Positions 12,506 through 25,578 of a DNA stretch of 64,000 nt are shown one piece after another; within the stretch, counting starts at the first letter, position 1, and the number at the start of each line of letters is the position of its first letter. The notes below the pieces were generated by a model. That model worked only from the letters and a program-made list of their open reading frames with translations, was not told where the DNA came from and ran no database searches. The stretch spans positions 68,200,001 to 68,264,000 of the forward strand of contig OX597823.1 of NCBI GenBank assembly GCA_951406725.2, written 5' to 3'. The position numbers were made by a program, and so were the translations under genes. The stretch is from Octopus vulgaris (lineage: Eukaryota).

Positions 12506-12556
12506 TCTCTTTCAGGCTTTAGATCACTGATTTAGTAATCTAAAGCCTGAAGGAGA
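12506..12556. repeat. 51-bp hairpin (24-bp arms, 3-nt loop)
   Basis: TCTCTTTCAGGCTTTAGATCACTG-ATT-TAGTAATCTAAAGCCTGAAGGAGA, 3 mismatches, two of which are G-U pairs in plus-strand RNA. Confidence 0.9.
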
Positions 12557-13699
12557 TGAGCTTTTGTTAGAAGCCTGGGAAACTTTAAGTCACATGGAAC
12601 TGAATCAAACTGTTTTAAATAATATGAGTGAGTGTATAATATATGTTTGTGTGAGTGTAAGTATGAATATGTGCGTATGTGTATTGTGAAAGTGGTGAAC
12701 ACTAAAAAGGTAGGTATCAAAGGAGGGACAGGTTCTCACAAATGTTTTGGTTTTATGCTCATAAAAAAGAAAATAGTCTTGATCCTTTGGATGTGATTCC
12801 TTCATCAGAAGAAAATTATATAGAAATGAAAGATATAATGTAGTTAGAGAAGAAAAAATAGCAAAACAGTTAGTAGCCAGGTAGCAATGTGGTTTATACG
12901 TATATAGGGCATATGTTTAAATACTGTATGTCTAAGTAAACACTTTTATTATTTATTGATGATCGCCTAAATTTGGGGAATAGGTGACAAATACATTTGG
13001 AATGTTACCTTCAGTTGATTGGTGTCTTATCAAGGTTATCTCACATAGACTTAAACTCATTGAATCTGGAACTAATTAGGAGATATTATAGTGTTAACAT
13101 AAATCATGAAATATTGTCCATTGACTTCTAATATATTTCATTTGAAGTTGAAGATCATTTATTTTATCAAGGTGATAAAATTAGTTTGGTGGTGAGGTAA
13201 TTTATTAAAAAAATATACCAAGACATCAGTACTTAGCAAATAAGTTGTTTGCTGATTTCTATAAACAAGAGCCACTACTCTCATTTATATTAACTGATCC
13301 AGGGTAGCATTAACTGAAAAGACACACAATGAGGTTGAAATACCATAGTGTTTCCAAGTCCTCTTATGTCAATGAATCACATGTGATACGAACCCACATT
13401 GCCTAAAGGGAGGAACTGTTCTCCAAAGATAAAATACCACAATTATCAGCATATTCACGTTTGAATCTATCAGAACATATTTACAAGGAGTGGATATGTT
13501 ATTGTTTAGCTTCTTTCTGTTTTGCACACAACCAGTGAATTAGTATAACTGAGACACCAACAAAATGATGCATGCATAAGGAGAATAAAACTGTTGTATT
13601 GTGGTGATGAAACATGGGTAGAGAGCACATAAATCCTGCAGTTGCAGGTTTTGTATAAAACCATTCAATGTGTGATGTACTGATTTGTTACAAAGAGCT

Positions 13700-13836
13700 C
13701 TGCTTTCCAACCACATGGTTCCAGATTCAGTCCCACTGTGTGGCACCTTAGGCAACTGTCTTCAACTATAGCTCCAGGCAGATCAAAGCCATAGGGATTG
13801 ATTTGGTAGATGAAAACTGAAAGAAATTTATGATAA

Positions 13837-13871
<35 letters not shown>

Positions 13872-13940
13872 TATATGTATGTATGTATGTATGTATGCAT
13901 GTGACCCAGAGTCCAATGCCTGAAACAAGTAAAAAAGATA
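13700..13940 (+). mobile_element. SINE family B, internally deleted
   Basis: CAACCACATGGTTCCAGATTCAGTCCCACTGTGTGGCACCTTAGGCAACTGTCTTC...GATTTGGTAGATGAAAACTGAAAGAA...CTGAAACAAGTAAAA. Confidence 0.8.
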
Positions 13941-14099
13941 AAATGGTACATACATAGTTGCAGGCATGGTTATATGGTTAACAAGTTTGCTTTGCAACCA
14001 CATGGTTCCCATAGTATGATACTTTAAGATAAATGTTTTATACACTAGCTCTAAAAGATGACCAATATTGTTACAGAGGATTTTGTTGGACAAAAGCTA

Positions 14100-14297
14100 T
14101 GTATAAACCTGTCTGATTGCTAAATCCACAAGTTTTTTTTATTTGCTCTCTGTTTATTTCCTTGTGTTCCTTTCTGTTGAGGAGCGTAGGCTCAAAATGT
14201 AAAAAACTTTCTCAGCTTCCCAAGCATCAAACTAATACACCTGCTTGTTGTTTATACACCTGTCTTTGTCTTTTGTTTTTCTGTAAATTTCAACTAT
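14100..14297 (+). mobile_element. Probable Penelope-like (pLTR / retrozyme-type) repeat end with decayed hammerhead motif
   Basis: CTGTTGA-G-GAGC-GTAG-GCTC-AAAATGT at 14174-14200, within a pyrimidine-rich repeat that ends at a (TA/TG)n tract. The family assignment is inferred from this motif. Confidence 0.5.
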
Positions 14298-14334
14298 ATG
14301 CATGTGTATGAGTGTGTGTATGTGTGAATGTACT

Positions 14335-14370
<36 letters not shown>

Positions 14371-14399
14371 CATACATACATACATATATATGCCACAGA

Positions 14400-14540
14400 G
14401 ATAGCACCCAGTACACTCTCTAAGGTGAGTGACATTAAGAACATCCTACCATAGAAACCATGCCAAAACAAACAGCTCCTGTAAAATGTCCAACCCATGC
14501 CAGCATGGAAAATTAATGCTAGATGATGATGACAATGATG
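14400..14540 (+). mobile_element. SINE family C 3' end
   Basis: AGCACCCAGTACACTCTCTAAGGTG...TAGAAACCATGCCAAAAC...GTCCAACCCATGCCAGCATGGAAA...(GAT)n tail. Confidence 0.8.
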
Positions 14541-15306
14541 AGTATATATATATATATATATATATATATGTTTCAGCATCAGTGAAAGAAACATCAATAA
14601 GAGAGAAAGAGAAAAATGCTTCCTTGGAGCAAAAATACTCTGTATGTGTATGTGGGGATGGGGAAGGGTGTTTGTTTCTCAATGAGTAATCCAACCAATT
14701 TCTTAACACTCACCCTCAGCAATGTCATGAATCAATGATTGTTCTTTTTTTTTTTTTTTTCAGTTGAAAAAACTTGTAACCAATGATGCTATTGTTCATT
14801 AACTGAGATGAAAAAAATACAAACGAAATAAATAAGGACTGCATCGAAAATGTTACCTCTAACAGAACATATGATGAAAAGCCAAAAAGATTCAAATTAT
14901 ACTGCATTGCAAACTTATCCAACATATTGCACATTGATAAAAACGGGATATTAAAACATTAATGATAAGTGCTTTGATGACAGTGAATGCTAATCAAAAG
15001 ATTATGTTAGTCTTATTTTCATTTCACAGCTCTAGATATTTTAATTCAGTTATAATGCAATAGCCTTAATAAAGGCAAGAGCATCATCATTCTATTTTGT
15101 TTCTTCTTTCTTTAAGTCAACACAACTGACCACTGGTTGATGGATATTACTGATTAAGAAAGTTCATGCAATAAACTATTTATCACACCAGCGCAAGAGG
15201 ATAAATAAATATTCATAAGTGAATAGCTTATATATGTAGGCATAGTGCATTCACATACAAAGGGAGCAAGAAAAGAAAGAATATAAATGTATATAAACAT
15301 AATCCC

Positions 15307-15308
15307 AC

Positions 15309-15368
<60 letters not shown>

Positions 15369-15548
15369 ATATATATATATATATGTATGTATATATATGT
15401 ATATATATATGTATATATATGTATATATATATAAGTATGTATATATATGTATATATATGTATGTATATATATGTATATATATGTATGCATATATATATAT
15501 ATATGTATATATATATATGTACGTATGTGTATATATATGTATATATTG

Positions 15549-15586
<38 letters not shown>

Positions 15587-15638
15587 CACACATACATTCA
15601 TATATATACACATAAATATACACATGCACACACACACC

Positions 15639-15674
<36 letters not shown>

Positions 15675-15714
15675 CATACAAATACATACAGAAACACACA
15701 AACACACACACACA
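15307..15714. repeat. Long compound (TA)n/(TATG)n/(CA)n microsatellite
   Basis: About 400 bp of alternating purine-pyrimidine. Explains six overlapping spurious ORFs. Confidence 0.95.
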
Positions 15715-15949
15715 TTTAATATTGCCTAAGAATCTTGAACTGCCATAGAAAATATGCTTATGATTTAGTTTTCTCACATAAGATCATAGAATGAAGTCTC
15801 CTCAGTAAGAATAATCTTGCTTAATATTGAATATAAGCTGGTCATAATGATATTGCTATATCTGTAGATGATATATTGAGTTTATTAGGTAATAATTTAT
15901 TATTTCATTTAGGTATTAAAGCAGCTGTAGGTTTTACTTGGTCAAGATG

Positions 15950-16170
15950 AATCATAAAGGAAACCTCTGTATAGTCACTTGACCAACTAGAAATAACAAC
16001 ACAATCCCCTTTAAAATCACATCCACTGTTTAAAAGAAAAGAAAAAAATACATTGGCTAAAGTAGTCTTGGAGACACTCAGAAGCATAGACGGAATGTTC
16101 ACAGCTGAAATGCTTTTGAACATAGATTTGCTGGATCAGGGCTGACCTGAGGCAAAACAGCAACAGCAGT
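15950..16170 (-). mobile_element. Dispersed repeat family D (unclassified)
   Basis: Reverse-orientation copy of the family consensus TTTAGCCCCAGGTCAGCCCTGATC-AGCAGACC...GGTGTGATTTGAGGGAGATTTGGCTGCTATTTCTAGCAGG, seen in ten or more copies. Confidence 0.7.
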
Positions 16171-16320
16171 AAAAGCAAGAACAGCTGCAAAGGCAACAAC
16201 AGCAACAACTTGATTAAGATGCAGCATTTATGTTAACATTTAAAAAGATACATTGGTTCTTGATTAGAAGTATGGTTTACAGCACAATTGATGATACAGA
16301 ATGTTATTATAAGAATATTA

Positions 16321-16352
<32 letters not shown>

Positions 16353-17069
16353 AATGATGGTGATGATCAGGATATGGTGTTAAAGGGAAGTTGAAATAGA
16401 ATATAGAGATCTAACATGTAATCTTACCCCATGCATGAACTACTTCACAAATACTACAGCAACGGCTTCCTATTGGTATGGATACACAGTGTGGCAGAAC
16501 ATTATAATCTGTTTCATGAAATAGATGCCATATGTTTAAGTGACAAGGATGTGTCTTTATAAATAGTGCAGAAAGTCAGAAACCGATAAAAATAGCATAA
16601 AAAATATAATTAGGAAAACCACTCTTGATCTAAACTCTCTACATTAAATATATCTAATATCAAAAGTCATCATTCAAGGTCTATCTAAATCTCATTTTCT
16701 ATTTTGAAGTAGTGACTGTCATATTGTCATTTTAGGCTATGTTAGAATGGCAAGCAGCATTTACACCAACCCTATCAATCAAAATGTCCTTCACCATATT
16801 AAACATCTGCTTTACTGTGGTTTTAGATTAGATTTAAAGTGATATATTATTACCAATGCTGTTGTTGTTACAATAAACAACATACAGCAATAAAAAGCGA
16901 ATACTTTGATGGTTCTCAAAGGGTAAGAAATACTTGATATACCTAAACATCATACAGGATGTTTAAGTACATCAAAAAATATCTTTTAGGGAAATTTAAT
17001 AAGAAATAAATAAATTTTAAATACATTTAATATATCCTTAGTACCTTCATTTTGTTGTGACAAGGTTAC

Positions 17070-17445
17070 ACAAGTCAGATTCTGGTGCATGTGCCACTGC
17101 AGCATGATGTTGCATTCATCATTTGTCAGTATATTCCTGGGTTCACTCGAGCAACCTGCTGAGCAGAGTTGAAGTCAGTCCTCATCTCTGTGAGATATCT
17201 CCTCATCTGCCATAACGATGTTGCATGTGATCAACCATTGTGATTAACCAGGCCAGATCCTCAGTGGAGAGAACATGGTAAGCAGGGTCTAAGTCAGAAA
17301 ATCGAGCAAAATTGCTAAACAGTCTGATGCTCCTGGATACAAAAATCTGACCAATGGTAACTCATAATCCTGCAAAACATCCTGGTACCAGAGGAGTCCA
17401 AGCAGTTCCTAAGGGCCCTTGGACAGTGTCCAAGTCTTACAACAA
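17070..17445 (-). mobile_element. RTE-clade LINE 3' end relic
   Basis: Minus translation with frameshifts: TWTLSK/ALRNCLDSSGTRMFCRIMSYHWSDF...IQEHQ/LFSNFARFSDLDPAYHVLSTEDLAW...NATSCCSGTCTRI*. These are typical RTE C-terminal motifs. Confidence 0.8.
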
Positions 17446-17589
17446 CAATTGTGAGACAAGGTTACTGATTAATAAAAAAAAATACAGTATGCACTTTGTA
17501 GTAGGAAAGGTTGCATGGCAAAATTAACTTCTTGGATTCTAGCAGAATTTATTGGCTGGGAGGTGGTAAATAAACTGAGATCATTATTG

Positions 17590-18045
17590 TTACAGACATG
17601 GACGTTAGTTAAGAAGTTTGCCTCTCATCTATGTGAACTTTTAGGTTCAGTCCCATTACACAGCATATTGGGCAAGTATCTTGCACTTTAGCCTCAGACT
17701 ACCCAATGCCTTGTGAGTGAATTTGGTAAATAGAAACTGTATGGAAGCTCATTGCATATGTGTGTGTGTGTGCGCATACATATACACATACATGTATATA
17801 TATATGGTATATATACAGATATATATGTTATGTGCATATTTGTTTATATGCACCTTTGTATTTCCACCTCTTGACAACTGGTGCTGGCTTTTTTGTGTCC
17901 CTATAAATTGATAATTCAGCAAAAAATATAAGTAACATGCATAAACTAAGTACTGGGGGTGGGAGATTTGCTTGACTAAACCCTTTCAAGTTGGTGTCCC
18001 TGCGTGGTAGTGGTTCAATGACTGAAGTAAAAGAATAAAAGAATA
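17590..18045 (+). mobile_element. SINE family B, near full length, diverged
   Basis: GGTTCAGTCCC B-box, GGGCAAGTATCTT, GCCTTGTGAGTGAATTTGGTA, internal microsatellite, CTTGACAACTGGTGCTGG, AATGACTGAAG-TAAAAGAATAAAAGAATAA tail. Confidence 0.8.
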
Positions 18046-19220
18046 ATTGTATTTTCTTGTTTTATTCATGATAAACACCAAGACAACCCAAGTTGAGTGA
18101 TGTATGTTCAAAGGCAGTCAAGTAATGATTTCTGTCCTTTTATTTTCCTTCATATATTCTGTACTCTTAATATTTTATTCACTGTGTCCAGTCTTCTTAA
18201 GAGTTGTAGCATCATTTTTTAGAAATTTGGCTGCTATTTCTAGTAGGCTGAAGAATCAGGTAAAAGTTTCTCTGTTTTCTTATTTTGATGTTTTGCCTTC
18301 CAAAGAAATATTGAACTGGCAATTTATTGAAAGCTTTGTTACAAATTAGATTAACTTTGGTATTCATTTTATATATGTATGTCCTTAATTTATTTTATAT
18401 AATAATCTGTTTTTATATTTGTTTACTTCGGGAAAATAGTAGAGGTCATCCTATATTTGAATAAATATATTTTGCCTGTAGAATGTTGTGAAAATTAGAG
18501 ATAAGCCTCAGTTCCTATATTTCAGCTTATCATTATTAGTATTTCCTATCTACTTAATGCATCTATATTTATCCATTTCCCCATCTGCCTTCAATAGTAC
18601 AAACTTTCATAGTGTTTAAATTTCTTTTTTATACTATCACAATCATTCTAGATTGGAAAAAATAAATAGTTTATGTTCACTTCAATATAATTAGCTGTTT
18701 GTCATTATATTTTTAGAGCAGTACTTTTTATTTTATATAATATTATAGGCAATTTAAAGAAACTAATAATTAATGTTGGGGTAGATATTATGGTTAAATT
18801 AAATATTGATTTCTTATATCACAATAAGTTCACATATTTATAGAGGTGGTTAGGAGATTCAAACCCTTTGCATACAGATTTTTCATGTTATTGAAGAAAT
18901 GAATGATAAAGTTGAGTCCAATGGGATAAAATTAAACACAAATTTCCAACACTGACCTAAGTCCTATAAATTTGTAGGGGTAGAAAGTATAATTAATTGA
19001 ATAAATTATTACATAAATAGTGTTTATTTAACCAGTTCTGGAAGCTTCAGCTCACCATCATTTCTACTCGGGATGTGAGAGATGTAACTAAACAGTGCAG
19101 GATATTCAACATGGTACTCTACCATGCTAAGTATTTTGCATTAAAATAAATATATAAATAGTTTTTGAATATACAAATATATCAATAAAATTTCGTAGCA
19201 TTACAGAAATTATCACACAC

Positions 19221-19280
19221 CACTAATGACTTATTTCTGGCTGATCCAGCTGAGATGTTGATTGTGAATTTCTTCTCTAT
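19221..19280 (-). CDS. Weak candidate 60-bp phase-0 exon (IEKKFTINISAGSARNKSLV)
   Basis: Minus-strand acceptor TTTTCTTCTTCTTAGCCAG, 20 open codons, and a weaker donor GTG|GTGTGT. Phase is compatible with exon 2502-2579. Could be chance. Confidence 0.2.
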
Positions 19281-20657
19281 CTGGCTAAGAAGAAGAAAAT
19301 TCTGACATATGGACAACTTCTCATGAAATCTACTCAAGCTTTCACATTCAATGTACATGATATTTTCAATAAATGTGTATTTCAGTGCAAGCATGTGCAT
19401 GCATGCATATGGGTGCATGTGTGTGTGTGAGGCTCAATTTTACAGCTTGATTAAATGCATGCTATATGTTATACTACATACAGCATGATTAAATAAATAA
19501 AACATATTATACACAAATCCACAAGTGTATATTTGTGCGTTATGTGTATATATATATATATATATGTGTGTGTGTATATATATGTGTGTGTGTATACATG
19601 TGCGTGTGTATATACATATATGTATGTATATATATATATATGTACATATATGTAAGTGTGTGTGTATATATATATATATAGTTGTTATATGAAACCTACA
19701 AAATGTGTTATGTGACGTGTAATAATATAATACTCTCCTACATTTTATTCATAGTAAAGAGTGTGTTGATAGCACAACACTCATATATTCACTTTATTTA
19801 TCACTAGTATTTCCTATCTACTCTACGCACCCAATATCTTATATCCATATTGAACCATTGATTATTTCTGCATCTGCCCTCAACAGTACAAACTTTAAGT
19901 TGATAGGTTTCATTGAAAACAAAATAAAAATGTCTTTAGAGCTTCTCTCAAATGAAATAAATTAAAAATAGAAAGAAGCAAATGAGAATTCATCACATGC
20001 CATCAAAAAGCTTATCTGCTCAGTCTGACTTATGGAAAGAATAGATTAAAAAAAGAAAAGTAAGAGGAAATGTTTGTAAAAGGTATATATGATGATGATG
20101 ATGATGATGATATATATATATAAAACACTAAATAAATATTATGATTCTATAATTCTTTGCATGTTATCAGAAAATCAGTTTAATAATGAATTAGGATTCT
20201 GAATATTATTTAGCATGAAAAACTTGTGGTACTCCACCTTTATGACTGAGTGGCTAGCACATTAAAATTGTTATCCAGCCATATATATCAATTTCAACAA
20301 TCCATTTATGAAGCAGAATTTTCAGAAGCAATGAACCTAGACTAATATAAAAATAGTGATCGTAAAAAGAATCTGCACTGATGAAGATTTTTTTTCATCA
20401 CATAACAAATATTGAAAGCTCTACCAAGACTAAGATATGTTCATGTCCATGATTGAACATGTTTAACTGTATGTGGGGGGGGGGGTAAACTGTAGAAAAA
20501 TTTAAATGAATTAAAAAAACCTATCATTCTTATCACAATCATATGACTTCTAAAATGAAAGGTAGTTTATAATAATGTAATATTTGCTATAAATCAGCAA
20601 CCTAGAAAAGATAATATTCCATGAATATGTATACTGTAATCCTTTTGAATCATCAAG

Positions 20658-20985
20658 AGTCTTCTACTATAGCCTCGGGCTGACCAAAGCCTTGTAAGTG
20701 GATTTGGTAGATGGAAACTGAAAGAGGCCTGACATATATATGTATATATATTTATATGTACATGTGTGTATATGTTTGTGTGTCTGTGTTTGTCCCCCCA
20801 ACATCGCTTGACAACCGATGCTGGTGTGTTTACGACCCCCTAAACTAAGCGGTTCGGCAAAAGTGACCGATAGAATAAGTACTAGGCTTACAAAGAATAA
20901 GTCCTGAAGTCAATTTGCTCAACTAAAGGCGCTGCTCCAGCATGGCCACAGTCAAATGACTGAAACAAGTAAAAGATTAAAAAGA
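20658..20985 (+). mobile_element. SINE family B, 5'-truncated young copy
   Basis: GTCTTCTACTATAGCCTCGGGCTGACCAAAGCCTTG...CATCGCTTGACAACCGATGCTGGTG...AAGCGGTTCGGCAAAAG...GCTCCAGCATGGCCACAGTCAAATGACTGAAACAAGTAAAA, closely similar to 11310-11610. Confidence 0.9.
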
Positions 20986-21701
20986 GTTAGGTCAATAGAA
21001 TATCAGGTAACAAACTGCAAGGTTGGCAGGTGGTACACAATCATTGGTGATGCATTTAGTTCAAGGGTAATGTTTACCTCTAAATAGTCCAATTCACTCA
21101 GTTATGCTTAATGCACACTAGGATAGTAGAGTTCATTACTACTGGAAGTAATGGCAGTTTTTGAAAGTGGACAAGTGTTTCATTACTTGATCCTGGGCAG
21201 ATATATGTGAATATGTACTGAGTTTCAATGAAAAGCATTCTAGGTCTTGTAAATATTCCAGGTTAAGCTTCAATTTCATTAGTTTGATCTATTTTATAAA
21301 ACACCAAGTTTCATACTGGTAGGTTGGCATCAATAAGCATATTAAATTGATAAGTTTGGTTCTTTGCTTTTATGAAAATGTCAGAATATTTCTACATCAC
21401 TGAGATTCTATATCTGACATTGCACAGAGATTGAAACCAAATTCCAGGAGTTAGTGTTCCATAAATACACTATCAAGTTACTTGAACTCCTTCAACTATT
21501 GATGTACATACTGAGAATGTCAACAGCTTAGGTCACCTTCTTTGTTTAATTTTTGTTGTTGTTGATCTCAATATTTATCACTAATTACATTCTGGTGGTT
21601 CATATGTTTCAGTAGTTTTTCTTATTTCTAATTTACAAGGCTTTGGTAATCAATAAAAAAAATTCTGCTGAAGGCTTTTGGTTTTTACTTCATTTGCTTT
21701 T

Positions 21702-21705
<4 letters not shown>

Positions 21706-21747
<42 letters not shown>

Positions 21748-21865
21748 TGTACGTGTATGTGTGTGCATGTGTGTGTGTATGCATGCATGTGTGTATTTGT
21801 GAGTGCATGTGCATGTGTGTGTGTATATTTGTATGTGTGTATTAGTGTGTGTGCATGCGTATGTG
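21706..21865. repeat. (TG)n microsatellite, degenerate 3' half
   Basis: Directly visible. Confidence 0.95.
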
Positions 21866-24249
21866 ATAAAAATAAGGAAAGTAGCACAAATCCCAACACC
21901 ACTCTAAGCATGTTTAAAATTCATCTGTAAGGCCATATTTAGGATAATGAGAGGAAACAGCTGGCTTTGTACGTCATATATTTTCTGAATGCTTCATAGC
22001 AACTCTACTGAAGTAGTCAACTGCTCTTTCATGGCCAGCAAAGGTGAAAATCAGTTCTTTTGTGTGAGCCATTGCCATTAAAGTTATTGCATCAGTGCAT
22101 ATCAGTGCCTTTAGCAACAAAGGCTCCATCATCCAACTCATGTGCTGCTCCAATATTTAGGCATCTTATATAACTTGAGAGTGATAGCCTTCTGTATGTA
22201 GTAGTTTCTTTACTTCCCCTTTTTTTTGTACCTTTCATATTAGTGCTATACTTACATGCTTTTAATACCTGCCCATGCCTTCTCTGAAATAATGTTAACA
22301 CCTGCCAGGTAATAACATCTGAGGTTATAGACCTATAGAACTTTATGAAGTGCTTGTAAGTTCGTTAAATTAACAATTTTTGGTTCGAAAGGAAATGGCA
22401 TTTAGAGATCTAAATCAGTTTGATTACAATGATTAAATAATAACTGAAGCAAATGAATGAAAGAACTTCTTAAAGTGGTTTTTTTCTTTAACTAATTACA
22501 ATAATTATTTCTTATGGTGGTAGGAATTGGGTATAGAAATAGGAATTGGGTATAGAAAATGTCACTGATCTGCATCTGGGAAGTATTTCATTGATCTTAT
22601 AGGAATGAAAACCAAAGTTGAGCCTGACATACTTTTAACTCAATCTAAACAGATAGAACTAAAATACTGAATTGCAAAGAAGAAAAATTTAAATTTTATT
22701 TACAATTAGATTTAGTCTTGCTTTTGGAAATTCTTTATTATTTTGATAGAACCTATGTAGAGTACGGTTGATTACATTAACTCAATATTTTATACTTATT
22801 TTCTCAATATTGAAAGGATGAAAAGCAACTTGAGGCTGGATGAGATTTAAATTTAGAATATAGCTAAATACCACAAAGTGTTTTGTATTACATCTTACTG
22901 ATTTTCCTATCATTTGAAAATTAGACCACTTTAGCTTCTGTTTTACTTAGATATCTCTTTCTATATTATCTAGTCCTTTCTAAATAACAAAGACCCATAT
23001 TAACTGTGTCCAATTCTAATTTCTATAGATTTAAGTAAAATGAAAGACCTCTTTATTAGACTTTGGTGGGTTGCTTTACCTGAAGGAATAGTCAAAACTA
23101 TGCATAAACGATGCTATTACTGCTTACAATTAATAAGTAAACAACCATATAGGATCTACCAACAGTTTAAGTAGAGTTATTCATTTAGAGTGGTGATTAT
23201 TAGTCATGGCAATATCATAATGCCAGTGACTGGACACATACCACTGACTTCTTAGTTATTTGTTCAATACATTGTCCAAAACAAGGAGCATAGATGGATA
23301 ACTCAAAATATATGGTCAAAAGAATTTTTTCCACTATACTAGTTATGATTGTGGAGCTGAGCTGAAGTTGCCCTGCTGACTTAAGCCATAATAGAAGTGT
23401 TCATATCACAATCCCTGTTTTAATGACTTCTGCCTTTACCACTACTTGATCTGAATGACAAAGCACATTACAATAATATTTTAAAACTTAATTTTAACTA
23501 CATTGCTATTTAATGTATGCATTTCAGTTGTTTTAATTGATTCACTGTGTTCCTGAATGTCATAGGCAATGACTAAAAGGGATGGCAACATGAGGGGTAC
23601 CCAATCATAAAACACTGTATCAGAGAACCTGTCCACCCCATATCAACAAGGAAAAGTAAATGATGATCATAATGATATTAACTACATTGCTAATCTTCAA
23701 TAATTCAATAGAAATTTCAGTTATATCAAACTCTATTAAAAAAAGTGGGTTCATATTTCCTCCAAATAGCATTAAAAAAGAAAGAAATGAAATATGCTTC
23801 CAAATCTAAGAGTTGAATATAGAAAGAAAGCTTTGTAACAAAATTATATTTCACTTGGAATGCTGAAATGGTATTTAATTTTATTATTTGAGTCTTGATA
23901 ATAGTTTAATTTTTTTCCTATACAGTGAGAAAACTCAGTATTTAATATACTAAAGACAGCCTACTTATTTCTTTTTTAATTCATATACATGAATATACTT
24001 ATTTCACTTTTTAGATGTTTTTTGGGGAGTAAAACAGATATAATTGAATTTGAATTTTATATTTAAATTTCAATGACAATATTATTGATTAATTTTCTCT
24101 GTAATGCATATTGTTTGGATTTTTATAAAGAAATTTCTCTCGAAGTTGTGCTGTATAAACTGGTTCACTACAGCTGTAATTTTCATTTCAAACAGTGAGT
24201 TACAGTTGACTTGTGTTAATAGGATATCAGACAACTAGATGAGAGTTTG

Positions 24250-24410
24250 TTGGTTCATTTTCTTCTTTAACTCCCAAACAGCTCTGATTGAACAGGTTTA
24301 TAATTAAGGGCATTCTAGCTGTGACTATCCATTAGGTGTGTTATAAGTGACATTTGACTGCTATTTCTAGCAACTTGAATGACCATATAAAGGCTTCCTC
24401 AGTAGCTTGT
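24250..24410 (+). mobile_element. Dispersed repeat family D
   Basis: CAGCTCTGATTGAACAGG...GGCATTCTAGCTGTGACTATCC...ATTTGACTGCTATTTCTAGCAACTTGAATGACCATATAAAGGCTTCCTC. Confidence 0.7.
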
Positions 24411-25189
24411 AGTGGTTCATATCTTGCTAACAGTGGTTCTGAGATGTAGAGACTCAATTCTATGCTGAACTTAATTTCTGAAGTAGTTACTACCATGTTG
24501 AATAACTACACACTGTAAAGCAATAGTAGAATTGTAAAATTGAGGAGTGTTTCATTAGTTTCCAGAGATGATTTAGAAATTAATGAGTTAATACAAGTGA
24601 AGAATATACTTGTAAAAGTGTCTAAGTTAAACTGATTTTCATATAACTTAAGCACATTTAGAACTAAGGTTTTCAATTATTAAATCATCATTTGTTACAA
24701 GATTTCAAAAAACAAAACAAAAGAAAAAAAGAGCAAAGAATAAATTATCAAATTGAGGAAACCATACAGATAAGGTAATAAGTTATGAATAATAAGTCTT
24801 ACAGCGAGAATAAGTATGTATTTAATGCAAATGTATTCACCTTGAAAGTAGACAGGCAAAAAAAGAAGAAAAAAGAGAAGCTAAGTGTGAATGTAAATCC
24901 AAAGTTAGATATCTTTCATCATTTAGAAATTTGGGTAAATAAAGCAAACAATATCTTAAAAATGAATGCCAAAGTTAGACTCATTTAAATAAAGAAGTAA
25001 TACTACATTTTATGGTATAGGTTGGCTCCGAACTTAGGAACACTAATGTTGCTAGGTTTGTGAAAGAGAGAAATTTAAATTAATTTTCCTAAGAGGTAAA
25101 ATATGATAATTCACTTTAAAGATCTGGTGTAATAGAAAAAGCTGTGAAAGATCAAATTCCTAAACAGTTTGTTGTTTTTATATACTTTG

Positions 25190-25395
25190 TTGTTTAGCTC
25201 CAAATCTGCCCTGATCAAGCAGACCAACCATAAAAGGCATTCCAGTTGCAACTAGTTAATTTTTATAGGTAAATGTGAGACCAAATTATCCAAATTATTA
25301 TTTCCTTGCTCATGATAGTAGATGGGATTTGAAGCACATTTGGGTGATGTTTCTGGTATGTTGGGTGACCACGTAAAGGCTATTTCATTGGTTCA
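25190..25395 (+). mobile_element. Dispersed repeat family D
   Basis: TGTTTAGCTCCAAATCTGCCCTGATCAAGCAGACC...AAAGGCATTCCAG...GGGATTTGAAG...GACCACGTAAAGGC. Confidence 0.7.
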
Positions 25396-25576
25396 CTTTC
25401 ATAGTTTAAGTCCTTAATGATTTCGTGCTAGTATGTCTTGAGAGTGAAGAGATTGAACAGGTAAAACTGGTCCCCAAAAAATAAACATCAAAATTAATCC
25501 TGTAATCATTTTGATGCTAACATTTGAAAAAGTTCACAAAGCAACAAATTTGCTTGCCATGTCCCGTTTCTAATGC

Positions 25577-25578
<2 letters not shown>

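Noticed and set aside
15154-15748. Overlapping 86-161 aa ORFs rich in Y/I/H/T/C/V (also at 6700-7477, 12150, 14232, 21643, 38087, 54279, 60008)
   Set aside because: These are translations of (TA)n/(TG)n/(CA)n microsatellites that lack stop codons, not genes.
21000-21545. Possible very old LINE RT fragment on the minus strand
   Set aside because: Only a faint resemblance to the VE.FKYLG motif; too degraded to call.
22256-22283. Minus-strand 28-bp exon candidate (TTATTTCAG|...|GTAAGT)
   Set aside because: Not frame-compatible with the other candidates and has a short pyrimidine tract; such signals arise by chance in AT-rich DNA.
22521-22558. 19-bp tandem duplication (similar ones at ~8381-8420 and 43061-43130)
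   Set aside because: Ordinary replication-slippage duplications.
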